The position numbers and the translations under genes are program-made. Below the pieces are notes generated by a model. That model was given only the letters and a program-made list of their open reading frames with translations. It was not told where the DNA came from and ran no database searches. Of a stretch of 64,000 nucleotides of DNA, positions 39,056-50,009 are shown one piece after another. The stretch is from an uncultured Sphingomonas sp. (GTDB lineage Bacteria; Pseudomonadota; Alphaproteobacteria; Sphingomonadales; Sphingomonadaceae): the NCBI GenBank assembly GCA_913777475.1, contig CAJYRW010000087.1, positions 5,904 through 69,903 on the forward strand. Reading direction: 5' to 3'. Every line of letters starts with the position of its first letter. The stretch's first letter is position 1.

Positions 39056-42000
39056 TGGCGGACGAACAGACCATGGCGCCCGAGCCCGTCACCGAAACCG
39101 TCATCGTGCGGCGTCCCTTGTGGCAGCGTATCCTGAAATGGATCGGCTTCACGATCCTGGGCCTGATCCTGCTGGTCGGGGCAGTGCTGCTGGGGATCAA
39201 CACCGATCCGGGCCGCCGCTTCGTCGCGGACCAGTTGGGCGGCTACACCACCGCCTCGGGGCTGAACATCAAGGTCGGGCGGATCGAGGGGTCGCTCTAT
39301 GGCCGGATGCGGCTGATGGACCTGCGGGTCAGTGATCCCAACGGCGTGTTCCTGTCGAGCCCGCGCCTGGATGTCGACTGGCGACCCTTTGCCTATACCA
39401 AGAACCATATCGACGTTCGCTCGCTCAACGCCGATCTGGTGACGCTGGCGCGTAGGCCCGAACTGAAGCCGACGCCCAGCGACCCGAATGCGCCGCTGCT
39501 CCCCGATCTCGACATCGATGTGAACCGTCTGACCATCAAGCGCTTCGTCATCGGTGCGCCGGTGACGGGGCAGCGCCATGTGCTGGCGATCGATGGCAAG
39601 GTCCATATCGCCGACCGCCGCGCGCAGGTGACGGCCAGTGCGGACGCTCTGCGCGGACCCGGCATCGCGGGCGGCGACCGGTTGCGCCTGGTCCTCGACG
39701 CCGTGCCGGATGCCGACCGGCTGGCGGTGGACGTGAAGCTGACCGCGCCGACCGGTGGCGTGGTCGCGACCATGGCCGGGCTGAAGGCGCCGCTGACCCT
39801 GTCGGTCGATGGGCGCGGTGGTTGGAAGGCCTGGACCGGCCGCGCCATTGCCACGCTGGGCGGCGGGGAGCTGGCGAACCTGACCGGCACGGCGCGCGAC
39901 GGGCATATCGAACTTCGCGGCGTGACCCGGCCCGGCCTGTATCTGGAAGGGCCGGTCGAGCGGCTGACCGCACCCGCGCTCCAGGTGGCGATCGACACGA
40001 CGCTGAACCAGCGGCGCGCGGATACGCGGATGAAGCTGCGCTCTTCGGCGCTGATGGTCGATGCGGGTGGCCTGATCGATCTGGCGAACAGCCGGTTCGG
40101 CAATTTCGCGGTCGATGCCAAGTTGCTGACCCCCGGTGCCATAGCGCCGAACTTGCGCGGCCGCGACGTACTGGCGCGTGCGGTGCTCGACGGGGCATTC
40201 GCGACGCCGACCGTGGATTACAAGATCCGCGCCGCGGCACTCGGCTTCGGTGAAACCTCGGTCGAAAACCTTTATGCCGAGGGTCTGGCCAAGGTGAATG
40301 CCGACCGCATCCTGGTGCCGGTCAAGGCACGGGCGAAGCGAATCGCGGGGCTGAACGCCGCTGTCGGCGGGCTGACCAACAATGTCGCGATCCAAGGCGA
40401 TTTCGCGATCGCCATGCCCAATATCCTGTCGGACAATCTGCGCATTCGTTCGGACAATATCGATGCGACCGCCGTGGTCGTCGCGAACCTGAAGACCGGG
40501 CGCTACACCGGCGCGCTGAAGGGCCGGGTCAACAATTACCGGGTCGAGAGCATCGGCATCATCAACCTGACCACCGATGCCAATCTGGTCGCGACGCCGA
40601 CCGGCTTTGGCATGAAGGGCCGGGTGGTCGCGCGGACGCAGCAGATCTTCAATGAAGGCGCGCGCAATTTCCTGGGCGGCAACGCGATCGTCCGCGCCGA
40701 TGTCGAATATAGCCCGGAAGGCATCGTGACCTTCGGCGGCTTGCGCCTGACCGCGCCGCAATTCCGCGTGACGCGCGGCAGCGGACGCTACAACCCCGCC
40801 AATGGTGCGCTGGCGGTCGAGGCGGATGCCTATTCCAACCAATATGGCCCGATCACCGCGCGGGTGACGGGATCACAGACCAATCCGATCGTCGTGCTGC
40901 GCGCGAGCAAGCCCGGTGTCGGCGTGGGCCTGAACAACCTCCAGGCCAGGATCGTCGGCCGCAACGGCGCCTATGCCGTCAATGCGAGCGGCGGCACCAA
41001 TTACGGCCCCTTCACCGCCGATGTGCTGGTCAGCACCGGGCGGCAGCTAGCGGTCGATGTGCGCAGTCTGGTCTTTGCGGGGATCAACGCGACCGGCCGT
41101 GTCGTGCAGACGGCGGCGGGGCCCTTTGCGGGCGCGCTGCAATTCGCGGGGCAGGGGATCAACGGCCGCGTTCAGTTGGCGGATCAGGGCGGCAACCAGC
41201 GCGCCGATATCGCCGCGCGGGCCTATAACGCCCGCGTGCCCGGTGCGGTGGACTTCACCATCGGCCGCGCCATCGTCAACGCCAGCCTGGTCATGGTGCC
41301 GAACGCGCCGCAGATCGTCGCCGACGCACAGCTGGCCGATACGCGTTATGGCGAAGTGGTCATCCAGTCCTCGCGCGCCAAGCTGAACTATGCGGGCGGA
41401 CGCGGCACGGCGCAGGCAGTGCTGACCGGATCGTCGAGCATCCCGTTCAACGTCGCGCTCAACGCGCAACTGGCGCCCAACCAATATCTGGTCGCGGCCA
41501 AGGGACAGGCCAACGGCATCAACTTTCGCACCGCCAACCCGGCGCGCATCCAGAGCGTGAAGGGCGAGTGGCAGCTGTCGCCGACCCGGATCGACTTCGG
41601 GCGCGGATCGGTGCTGATGGCGGGCAGCTATGGCAATGGGTTGAAGGTGCAGACCCGGCTCGACAAGCTACAGCTGTCGATCCTGGATGCCTTCATCCCC
41701 AATCTGGGTATTTCGGGCCAGGCGAGCGGCGCGCTCGACTTTTCGCAGGCGCGCGATGCCAGCTTCCCGGCGGCCGAGGCACGGCTGACCATCGCCAATT
41801 TCCGGCGCACCGGTCTGGCAGCGGTGTCGGAGACGGTGGACATCGTCTTTGCCGGGCGGCTGGTCTCCGATGGGGGCGAGGCGCGCGCATTGATCCGGCG
41901 GGGGCAGATGGTCGTCGGCCGGATGGTCGCCAATCTCCGCCCGCTGCCGCCGGGCAATGGCGGCTGGGTCAACCGGCTGATGCAGGCCCCGCTCTCGGGC

Positions 42001-43287
42001 GGGCTGCGCTATAACGGCCCGTCGGCGGTGCTGTTCTCCTTCGCGGCTTTGCCCAACCAGCAGCTGAGCGGCCCGATCGCGGTCGCGGCCGATTTCGGCG
42101 GGCGGGTGTCCGCGCCGCAGCTCAACGGCCTGATGCGCGCCGACAACCTGACCTATGACAACGAGACCTATGGCACCCGGCTGAGCAACATGCAGCTGGC
42201 GGGACGTTTCAACAACGACCGGCTGGAGATCACCCGGCTTCAGGCCAAGGCGGGGGACGGCACCGTCCAGGCCCAGGGCACGATCGGGCTGGCGGCGGAC
42301 AGCGGCTATCCGATCGACATCCGCGCGCAGCTGAACAATGCGCGCCTTGCCGACAGCGATGCTTTGGCCGCGACGACCAGCGGCACGATCCGCCTGACCC
42401 ATAACCGGGACGGCGGGCTGATCCAGGGTGACCTGACCGTGCCCAACGCCCGCTACCAGATCATCCGCCAGGGCCAGGCCGAAGTACCCGAACTGACCGG
42501 GGTTCGCCGTCGCAGCGAGATCCGCGTGGCGCGCCCGACCGACCGGCCCGCGCCCGCCGCACCGCCGGGGCTGTTCCGCCTCGACCTGCGGGTGCGCGCC
42601 AACAATCAGCTCTTCGTCTCGGGCATGGGGCTGGAGTCGGAATGGGAGATGGACCTGCGGATCGGCGGCACGAGCGCGGCACCGACGATCAATGGCGGGC
42701 TCGACCTGGTGCGCGGCACCTACAGCTTTGCGGGCAAGCGGTTCGAGGTGAATCGCGGCACCATCCGCTTCCGTGGTGGCGCGCTGACCGACCCGGATAT
42801 CAATATCCAGGCGACGACGACGACCGATGGCATCACCGCCGTCATCAACGTCACCGGCACGGGCCAGCGTCCGCAGATCAGCTTCAACTCCACGCCGACC
42901 CTGCCGCAGGACGAGGTGCTCAGCCGGTTGCTGTTCGGGACCAACCCCGAAAACCTGTCCGCGACCGAGGCGATCCAGCTGGCCGCCGCGCTCAACTCGC
43001 TGCGTGGGTCTGGCGGTGGCGGGCTGAACCCGCTGGGCAAGCTGCGCTCGGCGACGGGCATCGACCGGCTGCGCGTGCTGGGGGCGGACGACGCGACCGG
43101 TCGGGGCACCAGCCTGGCGGCGGGCAAGTACATCACCGACAATATCTATGTGGAGATCGTCACCGATGCGCGCGGCTTCACCGCCACCCAGTTGCAGATC
43201 GCGCTGACCCGTACGCTCAGTCTGCTGACGCAGACGGGCTCGTTCGGCGGATCGGCGGCAAGCCTGCGCTACTCGAGGGATTTCTGA
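39055..43287 (+). CDS. tamB: TamB
   Basis: 1410 aa, N-terminal TM helix, C-terminal DUF490 (PQDEVLSRLLFG, AGKYITD); follows tamA. Confidence 0.92.
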   Translation: MADEQTMAPEPVTETVIVRRPLWQRILKWIGFTILGLILLVGAVLLGINTDPGRRFVADQLGGYTTASGLNIKVGRIEGSLYGRMRLMDLRVSDPNGVFLSSPRLDVDWRPFAYTKNHIDVRSLNADLVTLARRPELKPTPSDPNAPLLPDLDIDVNRLTIKRFVIGAPVTGQRHVLAIDGKVHIADRRAQVTASADALRGPGIAGGDRLRLVLDAVPDADRLAVDVKLTAPTGGVVATMAGLKAPLTLSVDGRGGWKAWTGRAIATLGGGELANLTGTARDGHIELRGVTRPGLYLEGPVERLTAPALQVAIDTTLNQRRADTRMKLRSSALMVDAGGLIDLANSRFGNFAVDAKLLTPGAIAPNLRGRDVLARAVLDGAFATPTVDYKIRAAALGFGETSVENLYAEGLAKVNADRILVPVKARAKRIAGLNAAVGGLTNNVAIQGDFAIAMPNILSDNLRIRSDNIDATAVVVANLKTGRYTGALKGRVNNYRVESIGIINLTTDANLVATPTGFGMKGRVVARTQQIFNEGARNFLGGNAIVRADVEYSPEGIVTFGGLRLTAPQFRVTRGSGRYNPANGALAVEADAYSNQYGPITARVTGSQTNPIVVLRASKPGVGVGLNNLQARIVGRNGAYAVNASGGTNYGPFTADVLVSTGRQLAVDVRSLVFAGINATGRVVQTAAGPFAGALQFAGQGINGRVQLADQGGNQRADIAARAYNARVPGAVDFTIGRAIVNASLVMVPNAPQIVADAQLADTRYGEVVIQSSRAKLNYAGGRGTAQAVLTGSSSIPFNVALNAQLAPNQYLVAAKGQANGINFRTANPARIQSVKGEWQLSPTRIDFGRGSVLMAGSYGNGLKVQTRLDKLQLSILDAFIPNLGISGQASGALDFSQARDASFPAAEARLTIANFRRTGLAAVSETVDIVFAGRLVSDGGEARALIRRGQMVVGRMVANLRPLPPGNGGWVNRLMQAPLSGGLRYNGPSAVLFSFAALPNQQLSGPIAVAADFGGRVSAPQLNGLMRADNLTYDNETYGTRLSNMQLAGRFNNDRLEITRLQAKAGDGTVQAQGTIGLAADSGYPIDIRAQLNNARLADSDALAATTSGTIRLTHNRDGGLIQGDLTVPNARYQIIRQGQAEVPELTGVRRRSEIRVARPTDRPAPAAPPGLFRLDLRVRANNQLFVSGMGLESEWEMDLRIGGTSAAPTINGGLDLVRGTYSFAGKRFEVNRGTIRFRGGALTDPDINIQATTTTDGITAVINVTGTGQRPQISFNSTPTLPQDEVLSRLLFGTNPENLSATEAIQLAAALNSLRGSGGGGLNPLGKLRSATGIDRLRVLGADDATGRGTSLAAGKYITDNIYVEIVTDARGFTATQLQIALTRTLSLLTQTGSFGGSAASLRYSRDF

Positions 43288-43376
43288 CCGGGATGGCCTC
43301 GCAGCCTTCTCTCTCCTGTTAGAAGAGGGAGGCTGCAGGGCTTTCACCAAACCGTAACATCCGGCAGGATGGCGGC

Positions 43377-44546
43377 ATGACCCCGGACCAGCTCGCCGCC
43401 CAAGCCACCGCCATCCTGGCCGACCTGATCGCGATCGACACCACGTCGCGCGAATCGAACCTCGACCTGATCGCCTATGTCGAACGGCATCTGGGCCAGA
43501 TCGGCGTCACGGGACGGCGGGTGTTCAATGCGGAAGGCACCAAGGCCAATCTCTACGCCACCATCGGCCCGGTGGAGCCCGGCGGTGTCGTCCTGTCGGG
43601 ACATAGCGACGTCGTGCCGGTCGATGGACAGAATTGGACCAGCGATCCCTGGCGGCTGACCCGGCGCGGTGACCGGCTGTTCGGGCGCGGCACCTGCGAC
43701 ATGAAGGGGTTCCTGGCGCTGTCGCTGGCCCTGGCACCGCATATCGCAAAGGGCCGTGCGGTCCGTCCGCTGCACTTGGCCTTTTCCTATGATGAGGAAG
43801 TGGGGTGTCTGGGCGCGCCGTCGATGATTGCAGAAATTGCGCGAGAGGTGCCGAGCCCGGCCGCCGTCGTGGTGGGCGAGCCGACCGACATGGTGGTTGT
43901 CAGTGGTCACAAGGGTATCGCGACCTGGACCGTGACGGTGACCGGGCATGAGGCGCATTCCAGCCTCATCCATCTGGGCGCGTCGGCGAACATGGTGGCG
44001 GTCCGGCTGATGCAGCAGCTTGCCGATCTTGCGGACCGGCTGGCGGGAGAGGGCGATCCGCATGGCCCCTTCTGCCCGCATCATGCCACCCTGACCATCG
44101 GGCAGGTGAATGGCGGCACGGCGGTCAACATCCTGGCGCGCGAGTGCCGCTTCGCCTTCGATCTGCGCACCCTGCCGGGCCAGGAGCCGGAGTCGATCCT
44201 GGCGCCGTTCTTCCGGGCCTGCGAAGCGGCGGATGCGGACCTGCGCGCCCGTTTCCCCGATACCGCCGTACGAGTCGAACGGCGGTCGCGCACTCCATCC
44301 TTCGCGCCCGAGGCGGATGGCGTGGCCGAACGGCTGGCGCGGCGATGGGCAGGGGATAATGGCCCGGCGCGGGCGGTGCCCTATGCCGCCGAGGCGGGGC
44401 AGTTTCAGGGAGCGGGATTTTCGACCGTCATCTGCGGCCCTGGCTCGATCGCCCAGGCGCATCAGCCGGACGAATATATCGAGGTCGCTCAGATGGAGCG
44501 CGGTGCGGCTTTCATGCTGCGGCTGGCCGACGACCTGCTGGGCTGA
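43377..44546 (+). CDS. argE: Acetylornithine deacetylase (M20)
   Basis: SGHSDVVP, GRGTCDMKG, DEEVG, GEPT, HQPDE. Confidence 0.9.
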   Translation: MTPDQLAAQATAILADLIAIDTTSRESNLDLIAYVERHLGQIGVTGRRVFNAEGTKANLYATIGPVEPGGVVLSGHSDVVPVDGQNWTSDPWRLTRRGDRLFGRGTCDMKGFLALSLALAPHIAKGRAVRPLHLAFSYDEEVGCLGAPSMIAEIAREVPSPAAVVVGEPTDMVVVSGHKGIATWTVTVTGHEAHSSLIHLGASANMVAVRLMQQLADLADRLAGEGDPHGPFCPHHATLTIGQVNGGTAVNILARECRFAFDLRTLPGQEPESILAPFFRACEAADADLRARFPDTAVRVERRSRTPSFAPEADGVAERLARRWAGDNGPARAVPYAAEAGQFQGAGFSTVICGPGSIAQAHQPDEYIEVAQMERGAAFMLRLADDLLG

Positions 44547-44570
44547 GGCACTCCGGTCTGGCGACACCAA

Positions 44571-44626
44571 TCAAAAGTCATGGGGCGATGCCGTGGCTTT
44601 AGGGCCGCGTTGCCCCGCCCCATGAC
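44571..44626 (-). terminator. Intrinsic terminator after the 17-aa ORF
   Basis: 11-bp arms gtcatggggcg/cgccccatgac, followed by TTTT on the minus strand. Confidence 0.7.
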
Positions 44627-44636
44627 CGTCTTGGGA

Positions 44637-44690
44637 TTACCAGGGGCGGATCGACTCGCCGTAGATCAGCGCCAGAATGAACTTCAGCAT
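44637..44690 (-). CDS. Unannotated 17-aa peptide MLKFILALIYGESIRPW
   Basis: GAGGGAG RBS 7 nt before ATG, in-frame TAA just upstream, nearly all codons end in G/C, own terminator. Confidence 0.72.
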   Translation of the reverse strand: MLKFILALIYGESIRPW

Positions 44691-44733
44691 GGGTTTTCTC
44701 CCTCGTTAGCGCCGTCATCCGGCGCATGATTAT

Positions 44734-44752
44734 GGTTAATTCGCTATTAACC
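44734..44752. promoter_or_regulatory. Perfect CtrA box
   Basis: GGTTAA-TTCGCTA-TTAACC (TTAA-N7-TTAAC on both strands); further GTTAAC half-sites near 44782 and 44878. Confidence 0.75.
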
Positions 44753-44916
44753 ATTTCGCAATGGGTTGCCGCTTCTCTTACGTTAACCCGCACGGCCGAT
44801 TGGGAGCCCACAGCGTTTGTGGAAAGGGCATGGGGCGCCACCGCCCGACAACCGGTTGGAATGTCGCACCAAACGGGGTTAACACCTTGTTTAGCCGTGG
44901 CCCTTAATTTGGAGGG

Positions 44917-46236
44917 GTGGATAACGGCCTCTCTCGAATCGCGTCCGGCGCGTCTGCGCCCGCCACATCGGACCATGTCGCCCCGACCGAAGTCGGGGCG
45001 CAGTGGCAGTTGCTTGTCCTGGTCGGGCTGGGCAACTTCACCTTGTTGCGCCGTCATCTTGGGCGGAAGGTCGTGGCCACGCTGGTCGATGCCGTGGCGG
45101 GGCGGGCGGGCCAGTGCATTCCAGACGCCATCGCGCGCCCGGCCACGCCGTCGCAGATAGAGGTGATGATCCGCGCCAATTCCCGGGAAGCGCTGGACGC
45201 GAACCTGCTGACCCTGGGCGAGGCGCTTCGCTATCCCTTCTTGCTGCCCGATGGAGAGTATCGGATCGACCCGGTGCTCGGGGCGGCCCTGGCCGCCGTC
45301 CCGCATGATGATGACATGCGCCTGCTCGAGGAAGCCGAGCAGGCCTTGGCCGACGCCCAGATAGAGGGGCGGACGGTCATCCGCGAACTCGCCGCGCGCG
45401 CCGACCGGCTAGACCGCATCGCCCTGGCCCGCGAGTTGACCCGCGCGATCGAGCAGGACGGTCTGTCGATCGAATATCAACCCAAGGTCCATGTCCGCCA
45501 GCAGCGCGTGTCGAGTGCCGAGGCCCTGCTGCGCTGGCGACATCCGGTGCACGGGCCGATCAGTCCCGTCGAGTTCATACCGGTGGCGGAGGAAGCGCGG
45601 ATCATCGCGCCGCTGACGCTGTGGGTGCTGCGCCGGGTCATCGCCGACCAGCGGCGCCTGGCCGAAGCCGGGCATGACCTGCGCATATTCATCAATATTT
45701 CGGGCATGTTGCTGGGCGACGAGACTTTCGTGCAGGAGGCCTGCGCGATCGTTACCGAAAGCGGTGCCAAGATCGGCTTCGAGATCACCGAAACCTCGGT
45801 CATCCACGACCCCGAAAGCGCCATCACCCATCTTCAGACCGTGGTCGACACGGGCATCGCGGTGGCGATCGACGATTATGGCTCGGGCCTGTCGTCGCTC
45901 TCCTATCTGAAGCAGCTGCCCGCCTGCGAGCTGAAGATCGACAAGCTCTTCATTACCCAGCTGACCAGTTCCAATCGCGATCCGTTGATCGTCCGCTCGA
46001 CCATCGACCTGGCCCATGCGCTGGAAATGGAGGTGGTCGCCGAGGGGGTGGAGACGCCCGCCACGCTGGCACTGCTGACCGTGATGGGATGCGACATGAT
46101 CCAGGGCTATCTGATCAGCCGTCCGATCGGGTTGGAGGCGTTGATCCATTTCCTGACCGAACGCACGCATGAGGCCGTCGCGGCGCTGGCCAAGCCGACG
46201 CCCTTCGCCCGGCTGGTCGCCAATGCGCGCCTTTAG
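44917..46236 (+). CDS. EAL c-di-GMP phosphodiesterase with degenerate GGDEF-like N-terminus
   Basis: AEALLRW, INIS, EITET, DDYGSG, ELKID, AEGVE, QGY. Confidence 0.9.
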   Translation: MDNGLSRIASGASAPATSDHVAPTEVGAQWQLLVLVGLGNFTLLRRHLGRKVVATLVDAVAGRAGQCIPDAIARPATPSQIEVMIRANSREALDANLLTLGEALRYPFLLPDGEYRIDPVLGAALAAVPHDDDMRLLEEAEQALADAQIEGRTVIRELAARADRLDRIALARELTRAIEQDGLSIEYQPKVHVRQQRVSSAEALLRWRHPVHGPISPVEFIPVAEEARIIAPLTLWVLRRVIADQRRLAEAGHDLRIFINISGMLLGDETFVQEACAIVTESGAKIGFEITETSVIHDPESAITHLQTVVDTGIAVAIDDYGSGLSSLSYLKQLPACELKIDKLFITQLTSSNRDPLIVRSTIDLAHALEMEVVAEGVETPATLALLTVMGCDMIQGYLISRPIGLEALIHFLTERTHEAVAALAKPTPFARLVANARL

Positions 46237-48649
46237 GCTGGCGCTGATCTTCATCGCGCTGGTCGTGGCCGGCGCGCAGGCCCGCGCCGCCGCCGCACCA
46301 CCCTTGCCTTTGCCCTATAGCCGGGCGATCGATGGCGCCAAGACCGACATGCTTCGCGACCCCGCTTTGGCGATGCGCAGTGCCGATGCCGCGCGCGTGG
46401 CGGCCGCCGCGATCCCCGACTCCGACGATCGGATGCTGGCGTTCGCCACCGCCGACTGGCTGCACGGCGAAAGCGCGGTTCGTATGGGGCGAACGGGCGA
46501 AGCGAAGGGGGCCATTGCCGAAGCGTATCGGATCGCACGGACGCTTTCGCCGAAATCCGATCTGATGGCCAATATCCTGTTGTCGCAGGGGGGCCTGAAC
46601 CGCGCCGACGGTGAGATCGCCGATGCGCTGAACGCCTATCAATCCGCGCACCGCGTCTTCCAACAGCTGAACGATCCGCGCGGGCAGGCCAAGGCGCTGG
46701 TCCAGATCGCGGACCTGTACAATGACGCCAAGGACTTCACCTCGGCGCTTCGTTACCTGGAACAGGCGAGCAGCACCTATCGCGGCGACGATATGTTTCG
46801 CCTCGCCATCCTGAACAACCGCGCGCTGACCTTGGCCGAGATGGGGCGTAGCGCCGATGCGCTGATCCAGCTTCGCGAGGCGCTGCGCCTGGCCCGGCGG
46901 ATGGACAGCGCCGCGCTACAGGCGGTGATCGGACGCAACATCGCGCGGGCTCAATTGCGGATGGGCCGGATCGGCGAAGCCGAGGCGACGATCGCCGAGG
47001 TGCGGCGGGCCGATCCCCGGCCAGGGGCCGAGGATATCCGCGCGCTGCAAAGCATAGCGGCCCAGGCCGCGTTCCAGCGCGGCGACGCGGCCGAGGCGGC
47101 GCGGCTGATCGACCAGAGCTTTGCCGGCGTCGATCTCGCGACGACCACGGTGTTGCAGCGGGACGCGCATCGCAGCGCTTATGAGATTTACAACGCGGTC
47201 GGCCGGACCGCCGACGCGCTGCGCCATCTGGAGGCGCTCAAGCGGATCGACGACGAATCGACCCGGCTGGCGACCTCGACCGGTCTTGCGCTGATGGGCG
47301 CGCGGTTCAACTTCGCCAATCAGGAATTGCGGATTGCGCGGATGAAGGCCGCCGACCTGCAACGCAACATCGCCTTTGAACGCGCCCAGTTGCGGACGGA
47401 GCGCTTCATCCTGATCGGATCGGTCGTCGCCATCGTCGTGGTGCTGGCGCTGCTCGGCATCTGGCTGTTCACGCTGGGTCGCAGCCGCAACCGGATTCGC
47501 GCCGCGCATGGCGAACTGGCCCTGACCAACGACCAGCTCGAAAAGGCGCTGGTGGTCAAGACCGAGTTCTTGGCGACGACCAGCCATGAAATCCGGACGC
47601 CCCTGAACGGTATTCTGGGCATGACCCAGGTCATGCTGGCCGATGCCGGCCTGCCCGACGAACAGCGCGAACGGGTCGAGGTGATGCACGGCGCAGGCCT
47701 GACCATGCGCGCGCTGGTCGACGATCTGCTCGACGTCGCCAAGATCGAGAATGGCCGCCTGACCCTGGAAGAGGCACCGTTCGACCTCGCCGCGACGATC
47801 CGCGACGCGTCCCGCCTGTTCGAGGGGGAGGCGGCGGCCAAGGCGATCGGTTTTACGCGCGACCTGTCCGATTGCCCGGCGATAGTGGTCGGCGACTCCG
47901 CGCGAATCCGGCAGATCGTCTTCAACCTGTTGTCCAACGCCCTGAAATTCACGAGCGAGGGTGCGGTCCGGCTGACCGTGACGCGCCTGGTGGACGGCGT
48001 TTCGGTCTGCGTCACCGATACCGGTATCGGCATTGCGTCCGAGAAGCTGGAGGAAATCTTCGAGGCGTTTCGCCAGGCGGATACCAGTACGACGCGGCAA
48101 TATGGCGGTACGGGCCTGGGCCTTGCCATTTGTCGTCGGCTGGCGCGCGCCATGGGCGGCGACGTGACGGTCGACAGTCAGCCTGGGCGCGGATCATGCT
48201 TCACCCTGACGCTACCACTGGCCGAGTTGCCGGTGGAGCCGGAAGTCTTGCGGCCCACCGTCCTGATCGTCGATCGCAATCCGATCCGCCGTGCCATGTG
48301 GACCAAGCTGTGCGCGGACCATGCCGCCGTGACCTTCGCCGGGAATGTGGACGAAGCGGTGGCGCGGCTGGGCGAGGGCGGGGTCGCCCAGCTTCTGGTC
48401 GATGATGGTGCGATTCGGGACGATGACGAGGCTGCGGCGCTGCGTACCTTGGCGGCGGCGGCGGCGGGTGCGGCTGTGCCCCTATTCCTGCTGTGGCCCG
48501 ATGCCGATCCGCTGCCGGGGAACGATTTGCCACGCGGCGGATTGGTTCACGTTATCGCCAAACCGATCGCAGGGGCCGAGGTGATGAGCAAAATGTTCGA
48601 CATCTCGCCGCAAAGCCCTGAATCGCCGCTTGTAACGCAAGCGGCATGA
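46223..48649 (+). CDS. Hybrid histidine kinase with periplasmic TPR sensor
   Basis: Signal peptide, about 360 aa of TPR-like helices, one TM helix, [32 protein letters not shown], divergent C-terminal receiver. Confidence 0.9.
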   Translation: MRAFRLALIFIALVVAGAQARAAAAPPLPLPYSRAIDGAKTDMLRDPALAMRSADAARVAAAAIPDSDDRMLAFATADWLHGESAVRMGRTGEAKGAIAEAYRIARTLSPKSDLMANILLSQGGLNRADGEIADALNAYQSAHRVFQQLNDPRGQAKALVQIADLYNDAKDFTSALRYLEQASSTYRGDDMFRLAILNNRALTLAEMGRSADALIQLREALRLARRMDSAALQAVIGRNIARAQLRMGRIGEAEATIAEVRRADPRPGAEDIRALQSIAAQAAFQRGDAAEAARLIDQSFAGVDLATTTVLQRDAHRSAYEIYNAVGRTADALRHLEALKRIDDESTRLATSTGLALMGARFNFANQELRIARMKAADLQRNIAFERAQLRTERFILIGSVVAIVVVLALLGIWLFTLGRSRNRIRAAHGELALTNDQLEKALVVKTEFLATTSHEIRTPLNGILGMTQVMLADAGLPDEQRERVEVMHGAGLTMRALVDDLLDVAKIENGRLTLEEAPFDLAATIRDASRLFEGEAAAKAIGFTRDLSDCPAIVVGDSARIRQIVFNLLSNALKFTSEGAVRLTVTRLVDGVSVCVTDTGIGIASEKLEEIFEAFRQADTSTTRQYGGTGLGLAICRRLARAMGGDVTVDSQPGRGSCFTLTLPLAELPVEPEVLRPTVLIVDRNPIRRAMWTKLCADHAAVTFAGNVDEAVARLGEGGVAQLLVDDGAIRDDDEAAALRTLAAAAAGAAVPLFLLWPDADPLPGNDLPRGGLVHVIAKPIAGAEVMSKMFDISPQSPESPLVTQAA

Positions 48650-48715
48650 TCGTTAGGGCGAAGCCATGACCTGCGCCTTGGATGCCATCCTGTCCGCGAT
48701 TCAAAGGGGACGTCG

Positions 48716-49105
48716 ATGAACGTCCTTTTTATCGAGGACGACCGTATGAACCGTCGGGTCGTGCGCGATATGCTGGACGTGGCGGGGGCCCAGATGGCCG
48801 AGGCCGAGAGCGCCGAACTCGGCCTCGAGATGATCGACCGCGACGATTATCACATGATCCTGATCGATCTGCGGATGCCCGGCATGGACGGTATCACTGC
48901 CATCCGCCACATCCGCGCGCGCAGCGATGGCAAGGCGGAGGTGCCGATCATCGTGGTGACCGCCGACAGCGGGGTCGACCTGCGCGAGCGCTGCATCACG
49001 GCGGGGGCCGACGACGTGATCGTCAAGCCCGTCGCAATGGATCAGCTGTTTGAATCGATGGGCCGTATCCTGGCGGGTGATCGCGGCGGCGCGATCATCG
49101 GCTGA
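48716..49105 (+). CDS. Single-domain response regulator
   Basis: IEDD, LIDLRMPGMDG, VTA, KP. Confidence 0.92.
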   Translation: MNVLFIEDDRMNRRVVRDMLDVAGAQMAEAESAELGLEMIDRDDYHMILIDLRMPGMDGITAIRHIRARSDGKAEVPIIVVTADSGVDLRERCITAGADDVIVKPVAMDQLFESMGRILAGDRGGAIIG

Positions 49106-49951
49106 TCAGTCCGCATCCGGCTTGGGGCGCAGTGCCTCGGCCAGCGACGCGGTGGCGCTGCCCCGCTTCGCTGGCACGGGCTGGGACGGATCGGGGGCCC
49201 AGCCGGTCAGGAAGACCAGGTTGAACTGTTCGGGCACGCGGCCGTCCGGGTCCGCCATGTCGGCAAAAGCTGAGGCCGCCGTCGCCAGCGCCTCGCGCGA
49301 TATGGGCCGCCGTTCGGCCAGCAGGTTGTTCGCCGCCATGCCGCGCAGATCGCCCAGCAACCGCCCGAAATCGCGATAGCGCACGTCCAGCGTCTCGATA
49401 TCCGCGACCGGCAGGGTGAAGCCTGCACGCATCAACAGATCGCCCGCCGAGCGCACATCGACCTGCGGATGCAGCCGCGCGACCGGCCGCTCGGCCTCCG
49501 CCACGCGCAACGCCGCGCGAAGGCGGGGCAGCGAACCGCCACCGACGAACGCACCCAGGAACAGCCCATCCGGCCGCAGCACCCGCCGGATCAGCGTCAG
49601 CGCGCCGGGCAGATCGTCGATCTGGTCGAGCACGCCTGCGCTGACCACCAGGTCGAAGCTGCGATCCGCGAACGGCAGGCGATCCTCGTCTCCCTGCACC
49701 CCGTGCGCGCCGCGCGCAAAGGCAAAGCCCGGGTCCAGTCGCGCCACCCGTGCCCCCGGGGGCGGCAGGAAGGCACCGTCGAAACAGCCCAGGTCCAGGA
49801 TATCGCGGAACGGCCGCGTCACCGCATCCAGCCGCTCGGCAAGGCCATCAAGCATGGCCGCGCGCAGGAAGTCATGCTCGGCATAAGCGGGCTGGGCCCG
49901 GTCGCGGCGCAGGCGGCGCGCTTGGCGGTCGAAGATGCTGGGGTGGGTCAC
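49106..49951 (-). CDS. SAM methyltransferase (BioC/NDUFAF5-like)
   Basis: IFDR, LDLG, DEDRLPF..SFDLVVS, LRPDGLF, GDLLMRAGFTLPVAD; GTG start inferred. Confidence 0.85.
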   Translation of the reverse strand: MTHPSIFDRQARRLRRDRAQPAYAEHDFLRAAMLDGLAERLDAVTRPFRDILDLGCFDGAFLPPPGARVARLDPGFAFARGAHGVQGDEDRLPFADRSFDLVVSAGVLDQIDDLPGALTLIRRVLRPDGLFLGAFVGGGSLPRLRAALRVAEAERPVARLHPQVDVRSAGDLLMRAGFTLPVADIETLDVRYRDFGRLLGDLRGMAANNLLAERRPISREALATAASAFADMADPDGRVPEQFNLVFLTGWAPDPSQPVPAKRGSATASLAEALRPKPDAD

Positions 49952-50009
49952 GGTCGCGCTTGTGCGCGCTTGTGCGATCGGGAACAAGGTGCAGCCGATG
50001 GGGGCAAGC

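Noticed and set aside
44637-44690. Flp/PilA pilin or lasso-peptide precursor
   Set aside because: Too short, lacks the G-x4-EY pilin motif and a lasso leader, and no maturation genes are nearby.
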